A stretch of DNA of 64,000 nucleotides from positions 31,091 to 95,090 of the IMG/VR virus record IMGVR_UViG_3300028534_000019; one strand, 5' to 3'. The position numbers were made by a program, and so were the translations under genes. The stretch's first letter is position 1. Every line of letters starts with the position of its first letter. This document shows, piece after piece, positions 28,443-37,321 of this stretch. Source of the stretch: a virus (Duplodnaviria; Heunggongvirae; Uroviricota; Caudoviricetes). Under the pieces are notes generated by a model. It was not told the DNA's origin and did not search any database. It saw only the letters and a list, made by a program, of their open reading frames with translations.

Positions 28443-28889
28443 ATGATTTTAGATAAAATCACAAAAGAACAATTATTAGCAAGAAAGAATAGAGATACCT
28501 TTAAAACAGGTATCTTAACTACATTAATGTCAGAAGTATCTATTATAGGTAAGAATAAAGGTAATAGAAAAACAACTGATGAAGAAGCAATTGCTGTTAT
28601 AAAGAAATTTATTTCAAATGCTGAAAATAACATTGAATCTCTTCAAGGTTCTCATAATTGGGAAAATTGTACTGAAAGTATTCAAGAATTTCAAGATGAA
28701 ATAGAATTACTTCAAGGTTTTTTACCAAAACAAATGACCGAAGATGAGTTAAAAGTATCTATTGAAGTTATGGTTTCAAAAGGTGCTAACAATATTGGTG
28801 CTATTATGGGTACTCTTAAAAAAGAATATGGTGGATTATATGATGGCAAGATGGCTAGTAAACTAGCTAAAGAAGTTTTATCAAAATAA
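28443..28889 (+). CDS. GatB/YqeY-domain protein
   Basis: LLARKNRDTFKTGILTTLMSEV..., TDEEAIAVIKKFI, ELLQGFLPKQMTEDEL and GAIMGTLKKEYGGLYDGKMASKLAKEVL follow the YqeY pattern. Confidence 0.75.
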   Translation: MILDKITKEQLLARKNRDTFKTGILTTLMSEVSIIGKNKGNRKTTDEEAIAVIKKFISNAENNIESLQGSHNWENCTESIQEFQDEIELLQGFLPKQMTEDELKVSIEVMVSKGANNIGAIMGTLKKEYGGLYDGKMASKLAKEVLSK

Positions 28890-28940
28890 TTAACATATTT
28901 TATGTTATAATTCTAACATAAAAATAAAAAAAGGATATTA

Positions 28941-29846
28941 ATGACATTAGAAAAAGATGGTATATCTTACGAAAAACCGATAGTAACACTATTACAAGAT
29001 ACAGGTATAGGTGTAGCTGAATATGCCGCTAGAACTTGCTATGATAGTTTTAACAATAGTGAAAACACACTAATTAAAGAAGTTAATTACCAACTTGATT
29101 CTTATATAGGTCAAGACCATTATGATGAGTCATACAAAGATGATTTAAACAATATTGAAGATTCTGAATTGCTTAGTGATTTAGCTTGGGCATATCATCA
29201 CCATTCAATTTTAGAACATTCTAATCTATCTTTCTTAATTAAAGGTACTTCAAGAGGTGTACTTCAAGAACACGCTCGACATAGAATACAAGCAATTTCA
29301 GTAAGAAGTACAAGATATACAATGAGTGGTATTATTAATGCTTTTGTTGCTAGTAAATTTCATATTGGTTCAGAATTACAGTTTTTTACTGAAAAGTTAA
29401 TGAATATGGATATGTTTGTAACTACTGATGAAATGTATCAAAAAATTGAAATAGCAGGTATTTTTGATAAACTAAATTTTCAATATAATAACTGTAATGA
29501 ATTTTATGAGATGGCAGTTGCTAAATCTAGTATGAAATTTCTTGAAGCAAATGATAATCCTTATAATGCTTATGATATTTTTGAAAAACTTCAAAAAGGT
29601 AAGAAGAAAAGAAATGTTGGAGATGCTTTTAAACATATAGTTTCAGATAACTGGAAAGTAGATATGGTAGTGACTTTTAATATTAGAAGCCTTAAAAACT
29701 ACTTTACATTAAGAGATAGTGGTGCGGCATATTTTCAAATTAAGTGGTTAGCAGAAGAAATGAAAAAAGCAACACCTATTAAATACTTAAAACTTATTGA
29801 TAAAAAATATAGAGATGTTGATGTTAAAGGAATAGATAATGATTAG
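28941..29846 (+). CDS. thyX: flavin-dependent thymidylate synthase ThyX
   Basis: ThyX motif ...ILEHSNLSFLIKGTSRGVLQEHARHRIQAISVRSTRY (RHR-x7-S). Confidence 0.85.
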   Translation: MTLEKDGISYEKPIVTLLQDTGIGVAEYAARTCYDSFNNSENTLIKEVNYQLDSYIGQDHYDESYKDDLNNIEDSELLSDLAWAYHHHSILEHSNLSFLIKGTSRGVLQEHARHRIQAISVRSTRYTMSGIINAFVASKFHIGSELQFFTEKLMNMDMFVTTDEMYQKIEIAGIFDKLNFQYNNCNEFYEMAVAKSSMKFLEANDNPYNAYDIFEKLQKGKKKRNVGDAFKHIVSDNWKVDMVVTFNIRSLKNYFTLRDSGAAYFQIKWLAEEMKKATPIKYLKLIDKKYRDVDVKGIDND

Positions 29847-30483
29847 TATTAAAAATTTCAAAGGAACACTTGTTTTAAATGGTGTTTCTTCTTTTGATGA
29901 ACCATATTTAGATGATGAATTATTAGAAAAGATAAATGAAAGAAAAGAAGAAATGGATGATATATTTGAAGCAAGAAAAACAAATGAAAATATATCATAT
30001 GATTGTTTATATTTAGAAAATAGAGTAAAATTATTAGAAAAACAATTAGAAATTGATAATAAAGAAATTGCTAAAATACTAGAAGATAATCTTGAAGTTG
30101 ATTTAGAATCTAATGATTTTGAAAAAGATTTAGAAAATACTTATAATAAAGTTCTATTACTTGTTAGAAATAAAGTTAGAATTACTGAAATAATGAACCA
30201 TTATTCAGTTTTATTATTAAGTCTTAAAGATGATTCTGATTTTATAGGTAAAAGTAAATTTGAATTTGAAATGTTTCTAAACTCTAAAAAGAACTTAGGT
30301 AGCATTAAAGAATATTCAGTAAAAGTTAATGATGATAAAACATTTATAAGTTTAAAAGTGTTTTTTAAGAATGAAGATGAACCTGTATATTTCTTGGTTA
30401 CTGAAGAATATATTAAATTTTCAAACTTATCCACTTTTGAAGTACTAAATCTACACTCATTAGAGGATTTAGATGATGAGTAA
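29839..30483 (+). CDS. hypothetical coiled-coil protein
   Basis: 214-aa ORF. Confidence 0.5.
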   Translation: MISIKNFKGTLVLNGVSSFDEPYLDDELLEKINERKEEMDDIFEARKTNENISYDCLYLENRVKLLEKQLEIDNKEIAKILEDNLEVDLESNDFEKDLENTYNKVLLLVRNKVRITEIMNHYSVLLLSLKDDSDFIGKSKFEFEMFLNSKKNLGSIKEYSVKVNDDKTFISLKVFFKNEDEPVYFLVTEEYIKFSNLSTFEVLNLHSLEDLDDE

Positions 30484-30667
30484 TGAACTTTTTAAACATA
30501 AAGAAAAAGGTACTATTTATAAAGTAATTAAAACAGATAATATCAATGGTATTAACACTGTTACTTATAAAGAGGACTCTTTCCCTGATAGTGCTAAACC
30601 AAGAATATATGTAAGAGATTTATATATGTTTCTTAAAAATATGGAATTAATTGAAGATAAAGGTTAG
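30473..30667 (+). CDS. hypothetical small protein
   Basis: 64-aa ORF. Confidence 0.35.
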   Translation: MMSNELFKHKEKGTIYKVIKTDNINGINTVTYKEDSFPDSAKPRIYVRDLYMFLKNMELIEDKG

Positions 30668-30669
30668 AG

Positions 30670-30909
30670 ATGGAAATACAATCTTTATTATATAAATGTG
30701 ATAAATGTGATGCTATTATAGATAATCCAATTTCTAAAGAATATAATATTCATTTTTGTAACAAATGTGTTTTAGAGTTTATTCATAATAAGATGGTAAT
30801 TGAATTTAATGAACCTCAAAAAATTCATAACATAAATGAAAATCATAAAGATGAACATATAACGACAAAAAATATAGATTTTTGTGAAGTTAGTATTAAG
30901 GATTTATAA
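30670..30909 (+). CDS. zinc-ribbon protein
   Basis: CDKCDA...HFCNKC, i.e. two CxxC pairs. Confidence 0.45.
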   Translation: MEIQSLLYKCDKCDAIIDNPISKEYNIHFCNKCVLEFIHNKMVIEFNEPQKIHNINENHKDEHITTKNIDFCEVSIKDL

Positions 30910-31217
30910 TGTCAAAGCAATGGCTTAGTGAATTAATAGAACAGCCATATGAATGGTGTATTGAAACTGTTACAAAAGAGCCTGAATTACTAAAAAATAT
31001 AAAAGTACAAACACAAGAACTTTGTGAAATAGCATTTTATGAAGATTATAAAACAGCAAAATATATACATCAAGAATTTAGATTTAATGAGAGAATTTTA
31101 GCTATTGCTCGACAGCATAGTTTATTAAATAAAAGCATACCACAAGATATGCTTGAAAAAATAAATGAATATCCATATAATTACTTTGAAAAGAAATATC
31201 CTGAAATCTTTTTCTAA
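30909..31217 (+). CDS. small protein with C-terminal KYPEIFF tag
   Basis: 102 aa. Ends ...YFEKKYPEIFF-stop. Confidence 0.5.
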   Translation: MSKQWLSELIEQPYEWCIETVTKEPELLKNIKVQTQELCEIAFYEDYKTAKYIHQEFRFNERILAIARQHSLLNKSIPQDMLEKINEYPYNYFEKKYPEIFF

Positions 31218-31345
31218 TTTAATAAAAGGTTAAGGTTGTATTAGCTATAATTCTACATACACAAAATAAAAGTAAAGGATTTGATATGACATAAATGTTT
31301 GTTATAGAAATTTAGATACATAATATAAAACAAAAGGAAAAAGAA

Positions 31346-31549
31346 ATGGATAGCAAAACAGCAGAAGGTTTAGGTATAGCAATTGGTGCTATTATTGTAT
31401 TAATTATAGGATTAGCAATTCAATTAGGTATTTTTTATCTAATCGCTTTAGGGTTGATTTGGGCTTTTGATATAGCAATAGTACCAATTAAATTAGCAAT
31501 TGGAATGTGGTTAGTTAAAATAGTGCTTAGTTTAGCAGTAAGAAAATAA
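31346..31549 (+). CDS. small two-helix membrane protein
   Basis: 67 aa and very hydrophobic (IAIGAIIVLIIGLAIQLGIFYLIALGLIWAF...). Lies immediately upstream of the SPFH gene. Confidence 0.5.
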   Translation: MDSKTAEGLGIAIGAIIVLIIGLAIQLGIFYLIALGLIWAFDIAIVPIKLAIGMWLVKIVLSLAVRK

Positions 31550-31567
31550 AAAATAAAAAGGAAAGAA

Positions 31568-32455
31568 ATGGATAAAGGTTTATTTGGAATTATTGGAGCA
31601 GGTGTATTAGTAGTTATGCTATTAATTTTAGGTGCTACATCAGTTTATACAGTTGATGAGGGTAAAGTTGGTATTGTAAAGACTTGGGGTAAAGCAGTAA
31701 AGCAAGTTAATCCCGGACTTCACTTCAAAATGCCTATTGCTGATGAGGTTGTAGAGATTGAGGTAAGAACAAGAAAAAATGTTGAAACTATGAGTATTGC
31801 TACAAGTGAGCAAATGGCGGCAAAAGCAACTGTTTCTATGAACTGGACTGTTAATAAAGCAAGTGTTTTAGAACTCTATAAGAAATATGGCTCACTTGAC
31901 CAATTTGAAAGTAGAATTTTAGACCCAAAACTTAGAGATGCCACAAAAGAGGGTATTGCTAAATTTACAGCAGAACAAAATATTAAGAACAGAGGTGTAA
32001 GCACACTCAAAGTTAAGGAATTATTTATTAACCAAATTAAAGGTTATCCTATTACTGTTAATGGTTTTCAAATTGAAGATATTCAATTAAGTAAAAAATA
32101 TCTTGCTTCAATTGATGCTAAACAAACAGCTAAAAATGAAAGAGATGCTGAAAAATTTAAACTTGAAAAACAAGCCCTTGAAGCACAAAGAGCAGTAAAT
32201 ACAGCAAATGCTGAAAGAGATGCCGCTAAAGCAAGAGCAGATGGTGTGGCTTATAAAATTGAAGCAGAAGCAAAAGCAAATGCTAAGAAAATTGCCCTTA
32301 TTGCTGGAGCAGAAGCAAAAGCAATTAAACAAAAAGCACAAGCACTTAAAAATAACCCTGCTATTATAGACTATATGAGAGCAGAAAAATGGAGTGGGAA
32401 TTATCCTACTACTATGATGGGTAGCAACCCAAACATTCTTATGAAATTAAAATAA
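31568..32455 (+). CDS. SPFH/band-7 (HflK/C-prohibitin-like) membrane protein
   Basis: N-terminal transmembrane segment, then VYTVDEGKVGIVKTWGKAVKQVNPGLHFKMP..., with an Ala/Lys-rich coiled-coil C-terminus. Confidence 0.8.
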   Translation: MDKGLFGIIGAGVLVVMLLILGATSVYTVDEGKVGIVKTWGKAVKQVNPGLHFKMPIADEVVEIEVRTRKNVETMSIATSEQMAAKATVSMNWTVNKASVLELYKKYGSLDQFESRILDPKLRDATKEGIAKFTAEQNIKNRGVSTLKVKELFINQIKGYPITVNGFQIEDIQLSKKYLASIDAKQTAKNERDAEKFKLEKQALEAQRAVNTANAERDAAKARADGVAYKIEAEAKANAKKIALIAGAEAKAIKQKAQALKNNPAIIDYMRAEKWSGNYPTTMMGSNPNILMKLK

Positions 32456-32564
32456 GAGTATCTTCTAATAGAGGTTTTTACCTCTATTACCCCTAACACA
32501 TCTACATACATATAATCACAACAACAAAACAACAAAAAATTTTAATATTACATTAAGAATATTC

Positions 32565-32602
32565 AGCTATAATACTACATATAAAACATAAAAGGATTAA
32601 AA
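32565..32602 (+). promoter_or_regulatory. conserved promoter module, exact 35-nt repeat of 15831-15867
   Basis: agctataatactacatataaaacataaaaggatta, with TATAAT at 32567-32572. Confidence 0.5.
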
Positions 32603-32914
32603 ATGGAAGAGTTTTTAAATAAGTTTGAAAAAATAGTTGATAGTTTCCCTTTAAACCCATCATACTTTTTAGTATTGGATATAGCAAATGATGTTTCAAA
32701 TGCTATGTTAGAAGATGATAAAGAAGTTTGTAGAAATATGTTATTAAAATATATTAAAATTGAATGTAGCATAGAAACATATAATGAAAACAGAAAAGAA
32801 ATTGATAAATTAATTTCAAAAATTAAAGAAACATTGATTACACTTTGTTTAACATTTTCAAGAGATGATAGTTTTATAATGGTTGATGATAATTTAATAG
32901 ATTTAGAATTATGA
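32603..32914 (+). CDS. hypothetical protein
   Basis: 103-aa ORF behind the repeated promoter module. Confidence 0.5.
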   Translation: MEEFLNKFEKIVDSFPLNPSYFLVLDIANDVSNAMLEDDKEVCRNMLLKYIKIECSIETYNENRKEIDKLISKIKETLITLCLTFSRDDSFIMVDDNLIDLEL

Positions 32915-33183
32915 TTGAAAATTATTTTGATTGGTTTTTAAATAATTCTGAAGAATTAAGTGATTTTAGGAATGATTTTTTATATACGATAATAACTATT
33001 GAAACAGCACCAAAAATGGAACTTAGTTTATTCTATGTTTTTAAAGATTTAGGTATTAATCTTGATATATCTGATATTAGTGTTAAGGTTAATAGTACAA
33101 GTTCTAGTTTAAGTGTTTCAGATAATTTAAAAGAAAAACTAAAACTCTATATAAAAGAAAAATATCCTGAAATTATATTCTAA
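32911..33183 (+). CDS. small protein with C-terminal KYPEIIF tag
   Basis: 90 aa. Ends ...LYIKEKYPEIIF-stop. Confidence 0.5.
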   Translation: MIENYFDWFLNNSEELSDFRNDFLYTIITIETAPKMELSLFYVFKDLGINLDISDISVKVNSTSSSLSVSDNLKEKLKLYIKEKYPEIIF

Positions 33184-33245
33184 TTAATTTTAATTTAAGC
33201 ATTTAATAGATATAATATCACATATAAAAGGAAAAAGGAACAAAA

Positions 33246-33461
33246 ATGAGTTTAACATATAAACAGATTACAGAACATATTTCTAAGATTAAAGAAAATA
33301 TTTCTATTCTTGAAGATAGACTTGATACTGAATGTAAAAGTGCTGAGTCTAATAGTTGTATTGCTAAAACATTACTAGAAGAACTTGATAAGCAAGAGAT
33401 GGCTTTAATGGTAGCTGAAGATTATTTTGATAGAGTAATAGATAGAGGAAGAGGAGATTAA
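33246..33461 (+). CDS. hypothetical small protein
   Basis: 71-aa ORF. Confidence 0.4.
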   Translation: MSLTYKQITEHISKIKENISILEDRLDTECKSAESNSCIAKTLLEELDKQEMALMVAEDYFDRVIDRGRGD

Positions 33462-33464
33462 AGA

Positions 33465-34577
33465 ATGAAAATTACAGAGATTAAACCTATTTTACAGTTT
33501 TCTAAAGATGCTGATGATGCTGTAATCATTGAGGGTAAACACGGTATTGGTAAATCAGAAATAGTTAAACAATATTGTTCGGAAAATGGTTATTTTTATA
33601 CTGTTTTATTTTTAAGTCATCAAGAAGTTGGTGATTTGATTGGTATGCCTTTTGAAAAAAATGGTATTCAATATTGGTCTAAACCATCTTGGTTAGTAAG
33701 AATGGAAGAAGCATCAGCAAGAGGGGAACATAATGTTTTACTCTTAGATGAGTTAAACCGAGCCCAAACTGATGTATTACAAAGTGCTTTACAACTTGTT
33801 TTAGAAAGACAAATTCACGAGCATTTCTTACCTACTACTGATGGTGTAAGAAGTCAAGTAATTGCTTGTATTAACCCTGATGATGATTTATATCAAGTAA
33901 TTACACTTGACCCAGCACTAAAAGATAGATTTTTACATTTAAAAACAAGTGAAGATTTACAAGGATGGGTTAAATGGGGTGGTGAAAAAGGAGTACCTGA
34001 TGTTGTTATTCATTACTTGCTTGAAAATGAAAATGATTTTCATAGTACAAATGAAGATGGTGAGGGTGCTACACCAAGAAGTTGGTATAAATTAAGTCAA
34101 TTCTTGAAAATATTTGAAGATAAAGAAGTTGAAGAATTTCAACTTTGGGAGATTATTAAAGGTAAAGTAGGTTCAAGTATCGGTAGCAAATTCCTTAACT
34201 TTTATAATACTCATAGTACATTTATTGATGTTACAAAAATTAAAAAGTTTTTAAATAAATATAAAAGAGATATTTCTGATTTACCTGAAATTGGTGCTGA
34301 ATTAGCTAGTTATATTAAAGGTCTTGAACAAGTAACTAAAGTAGAACAAGTTAATAAACTATATCACGACAGTATTGAAAAAATTAAAGATACTAAAGTT
34401 ACTATGGATGATGAAGATATTTTCACTATTTTTGCTATGCTTCACGCTTTTGAAATAGAAGTAACAACATCAGTTATGAAGCAATGGAAAAATGAAAGTG
34501 TGAGTGATTTTATGGATTTTGTTAAAAAAGATAATAAAGAACTCATTACATTAATAACAAGAAGATTAAAAACATAA
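33465..34577 (+). CDS. MoxR-family AAA+ ATPase
   Basis: Walker A EGKHGIGKSE. MoxR signature LLLDELNRAQTDVLQSALQLVLERQI (cf. DEINRAxxKTQSALLEAMQE). Confidence 0.8.
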   Translation: MKITEIKPILQFSKDADDAVIIEGKHGIGKSEIVKQYCSENGYFYTVLFLSHQEVGDLIGMPFEKNGIQYWSKPSWLVRMEEASARGEHNVLLLDELNRAQTDVLQSALQLVLERQIHEHFLPTTDGVRSQVIACINPDDDLYQVITLDPALKDRFLHLKTSEDLQGWVKWGGEKGVPDVVIHYLLENENDFHSTNEDGEGATPRSWYKLSQFLKIFEDKEVEEFQLWEIIKGKVGSSIGSKFLNFYNTHSTFIDVTKIKKFLNKYKRDISDLPEIGAELASYIKGLEQVTKVEQVNKLYHDSIEKIKDTKVTMDDEDIFTIFAMLHAFEIEVTTSVMKQWKNESVSDFMDFVKKDNKELITLITRRLKT

Positions 34578-34592
34578 AAGAGGTATTAAAAA

Positions 34593-34802
34593 ATGTATGC
34601 TTTAATAGGTTATAATGATGAGTATTATTACATTCAAATTTTTTCAGAAACTGATGTTGTGTATGGTTATATAATATATAACTTTAGTGGGGATAAAAGT
34701 TTAGTAGTTGATAATTTCCCAATTAGTTCAGTATTAAAAAGGTTTGAAACATTATATACTATTGAAGAAATACAAAATTTATACCCTGAATTAAAGTTCT
34801 AA
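34593..34802 (+). CDS. small protein with C-terminal LYPELKF tag
   Basis: 69 aa. Ends ...EEIQNLYPELKF-stop. Confidence 0.45.
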   Translation: MYALIGYNDEYYYIQIFSETDVVYGYIIYNFSGDKSLVVDNFPISSVLKRFETLYTIEEIQNLYPELKF

Positions 34803-34814
34803 GAAAGGTTTTAT

Positions 34815-35183
34815 ATGGTAAAATTTCATAAAGATTATGATTTTAAAGGTGCTGATTTAGAAATCTTAAAAAAATTTCATAAAGATAATAATATTTCAAG
34901 AGTTGTATTAGATATAGAACTTAAAAAAGATAAAATTATGTTTTATTGGATTGAATATTCTAATTTTAGATATTTGTATGTTGATGATTTAAAAAGAAGT
35001 AGAGATATTAATATTAGCATATTCAAAATTAATGATATTATTTCTATAACAAATAGAGATTTTAACACACAAATATATTTTAAAGATGATATGTTTTATA
35101 TACCAAATAATAAAAATACTGATGTATTAATTGATGAATTTATCGAAGGTGATACATCAGTGAAAATTTTAAGAAAGATTTAA
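34815..35183 (+). CDS. hypothetical protein
   Basis: 122-aa ORF. Confidence 0.45.
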   Translation: MVKFHKDYDFKGADLEILKKFHKDNNISRVVLDIELKKDKIMFYWIEYSNFRYLYVDDLKRSRDINISIFKINDIISITNRDFNTQIYFKDDMFYIPNNKNTDVLIDEFIEGDTSVKILRKI

Positions 35184-35219
35184 TATTTTTTAGTGTATAA
35201 TGTCATATAAAGGATTAAA

Positions 35220-36473
35220 ATGGCTAAGAGTAATTTAAGAAGTGAAATTATTGAGGAAACTGTTATAAATGCCTTTTCAAATAAGAGAGATGGTTTTGTA
35301 AATGAGTATGCTTTTTATTTTCATATGTTTGCTATGTGTAATATAATTGAAACAGAAGATGTAGAGTTAGCAGGTGTTAATTTTATTAAAAAATGGAATT
35401 TATATATAAATCCTAAAGAGTTTCAAAAATATTCACTTAATCAAAGACTTGGTATAATTAAGCACGAAATGCTTCACATAATTTTTAACCATTTAGTAAG
35501 AATGGAAAACAAAGAAAAAGAAGAATGGAATTTAGCTACTGATTGTGCTATTAATCAAATGATTAGAAGTGCTGATTTACCTAAAGAAAGAGTAGATACA
35601 AAAAGTCTAAGTGAATATTTGGGTGTTGATGTACCTACTAATCAAAGTGCTGATTATTATTATGATTTAATTATGAAAAATAAAAAACAACAAAATAAAT
35701 GTGGTGGCAGTTCATCAGGTGGTTGTCCACAACAAGGTGATGGTAGTGGTTCTGATGAAAGTGATGGTTTAGGTACATTAGATGACCATAATAAATGGGA
35801 AGAGTCGGAAAGTATGGATGGTATAGAAGAACTTATTGAATCTTCTGTTAAAGATATGGTTTCAAAAGCCCAAGACAAAAACAGAGGTCTAACACCACAA
35901 GAACTTAATGAAATTATTGAGATTATTTTTGGTAAATCTGTTGTTAATTGGAAAAGTGTTTTAAGAAATATTGTTTCTAATAGAAGAGTTAATAAAAGAT
36001 ATACAATTCAAAAAAGGAATAGAAGATTCCCAAAAAGAATAGAAATTAGAGGTACAACAAAAGAGAAAAAATTTGATATTGTTGTTATACTTGATATTTC
36101 AGGTAGTATGAATGATAGTGAAATTCAAGATGGTTTAAATGAAATTAAAGCAATTGCTAAATTAACAAAATCTAGTATTAAGATAATTCAAGTCGATACA
36201 ACTGTTAAAGAAGTTCAAGAGTTTACAGCAAAGACAAAAACATTTAATAGACTTGGTTGTGGTGGTACAATGATGTATCCAGCACTTCAATATATAAAAG
36301 ATAACAAAATAGATATGGATTGTGGCATTTTGATTTCAGATATGATGATTGAAAGTTTAGATACTTGGGAACAAAAAGGTTTAGCACCAAAATGTAAATT
36401 TATCTTTTTGAATACTAGTAACCACTCACTAAAAACAACAACAAGAAAAAACTATATGTTTTTTGATTTATAA
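35220..36473 (+). CDS. VWA-domain protein with N-terminal HExxH putative metallopeptidase domain (DUF2201-like, MoxR partner)
   Basis: IKHEMLHIIFNH (HExxH), a Gly/Ser linker, then a VWA MIDAS motif VVILDISGSMND. Confidence 0.75.
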   Translation: MAKSNLRSEIIEETVINAFSNKRDGFVNEYAFYFHMFAMCNIIETEDVELAGVNFIKKWNLYINPKEFQKYSLNQRLGIIKHEMLHIIFNHLVRMENKEKEEWNLATDCAINQMIRSADLPKERVDTKSLSEYLGVDVPTNQSADYYYDLIMKNKKQQNKCGGSSSGGCPQQGDGSGSDESDGLGTLDDHNKWEESESMDGIEELIESSVKDMVSKAQDKNRGLTPQELNEIIEIIFGKSVVNWKSVLRNIVSNRRVNKRYTIQKRNRRFPKRIEIRGTTKEKKFDIVVILDISGSMNDSEIQDGLNEIKAIAKLTKSSIKIIQVDTTVKEVQEFTAKTKTFNRLGCGGTMMYPALQYIKDNKIDMDCGILISDMMIESLDTWEQKGLAPKCKFIFLNTSNHSLKTTTRKNYMFFDL

Positions 36474-36485
36474 AAAGGAAATAAA

Positions 36486-36833
36486 ATGGAATATTTATAT
36501 ATAATTTTAATTGGTTATGCTTTTAATTTTGCTGTTGAAATTATTTGGACAATACTTACAATTATTGTAACCACTGGTTCTATAATACAAGACCCAAAGA
36601 GTATGTTAGAACTTAAAAAATTAGAATCTTTAACAGCTAGATATAAATTGTTAAATAAAGATATACCCTTTAGTAAAAAAAGCACTGAGAAAATAGCTTC
36701 GGCTTTTCCTTTTGCTTCAATAGTTGGTATGATTCTATTAACATATAAAATTAAACAAAATAATGGTTTAGTTGGTTATATTGAGAGTGAAAATAAAAGA
36801 TTTGAAGAAATAATAAAAGAGCAAAAAGGTTAA
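36486..36833 (+). CDS. membrane protein
   Basis: 115 aa with N-terminal hydrophobic helices YIILIGYAFNFAVEIIWTILTIIV. Confidence 0.45.
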   Translation: MEYLYIILIGYAFNFAVEIIWTILTIIVTTGSIIQDPKSMLELKKLESLTARYKLLNKDIPFSKKSTEKIASAFPFASIVGMILLTYKIKQNNGLVGYIESENKRFEEIIKEQKG

Positions 36834-36835
36834 AT

Positions 36836-36901
36836 TTTTTAAGTTTCATTTAAGTCTAATATGTTATAATTTTACATATCAAAAGACAAAAAGGATTTAA
36901 A
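36836..36901 (+). repeat. 66-nt promoter/RBS module, copy 2 (see 6640-6705)
   Basis: Near-identical to copy 1, with one mismatch. Confidence 0.85.
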
Positions 36902-37321
36902 ATGATTTTAATCATAGATACATTATTTACAGAAAGTGTTGCTTTAACAGTTATTCAAGAAAAAGAGAATGAAAAAAGAGTTAAAGAAGTTAATTATAAA
37001 GATGTTAAAAAAGAAATTGAAAATAACACTTTTAATATTTGTAATTTAAAAGATGATGTTATAAGATTTATTAAAATAAATGATGTTCCTGCTGATGTTT
37101 TTGAAAGTTTTAAAGAGTATTTAAGAGGTTGTTTATTTGAATTAACAGTTAAAAACCTTAAAAAAGGTTTTGAAGATACTTTGAAAATACAAGAAGTTAC
37201 TAAATCAATTAATGATTTAGATATTAAAATTTCTATTGCTGATAATGTTTTTGAATTAGGACAATTATCAATAGCATTAGATTATTATAAAAATGAATTA
37301 GATAAAATAAAAGGGTTATAA
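36902..37321 (+). CDS. hypothetical protein
   Basis: 139-aa ORF behind the repeated module. Confidence 0.5.
   Translation: MILIIDTLFTESVALTVIQEKENEKRVKEVNYKDVKKEIENNTFNICNLKDDVIRFIKINDVPADVFESFKEYLRGCLFELTVKNLKKGFEDTLKIQEVTKSINDLDIKISIADNVFELGQLSIALDYYKNELDKIKGL

Noticed and set aside
6954-34802. Interpretation of the YPE[IL]xF C-terminus as a sliding-clamp (PIP-box / T4 gp45) binding motif
   Set aside because: PIP boxes are Qxx[ILM]xxF[FY] and the T4 clamp-binding tails are (S/T)LDFL-like. The conserved Y-P-E core and missing Gln do not fit, so it was kept only as a low-probability alternative.
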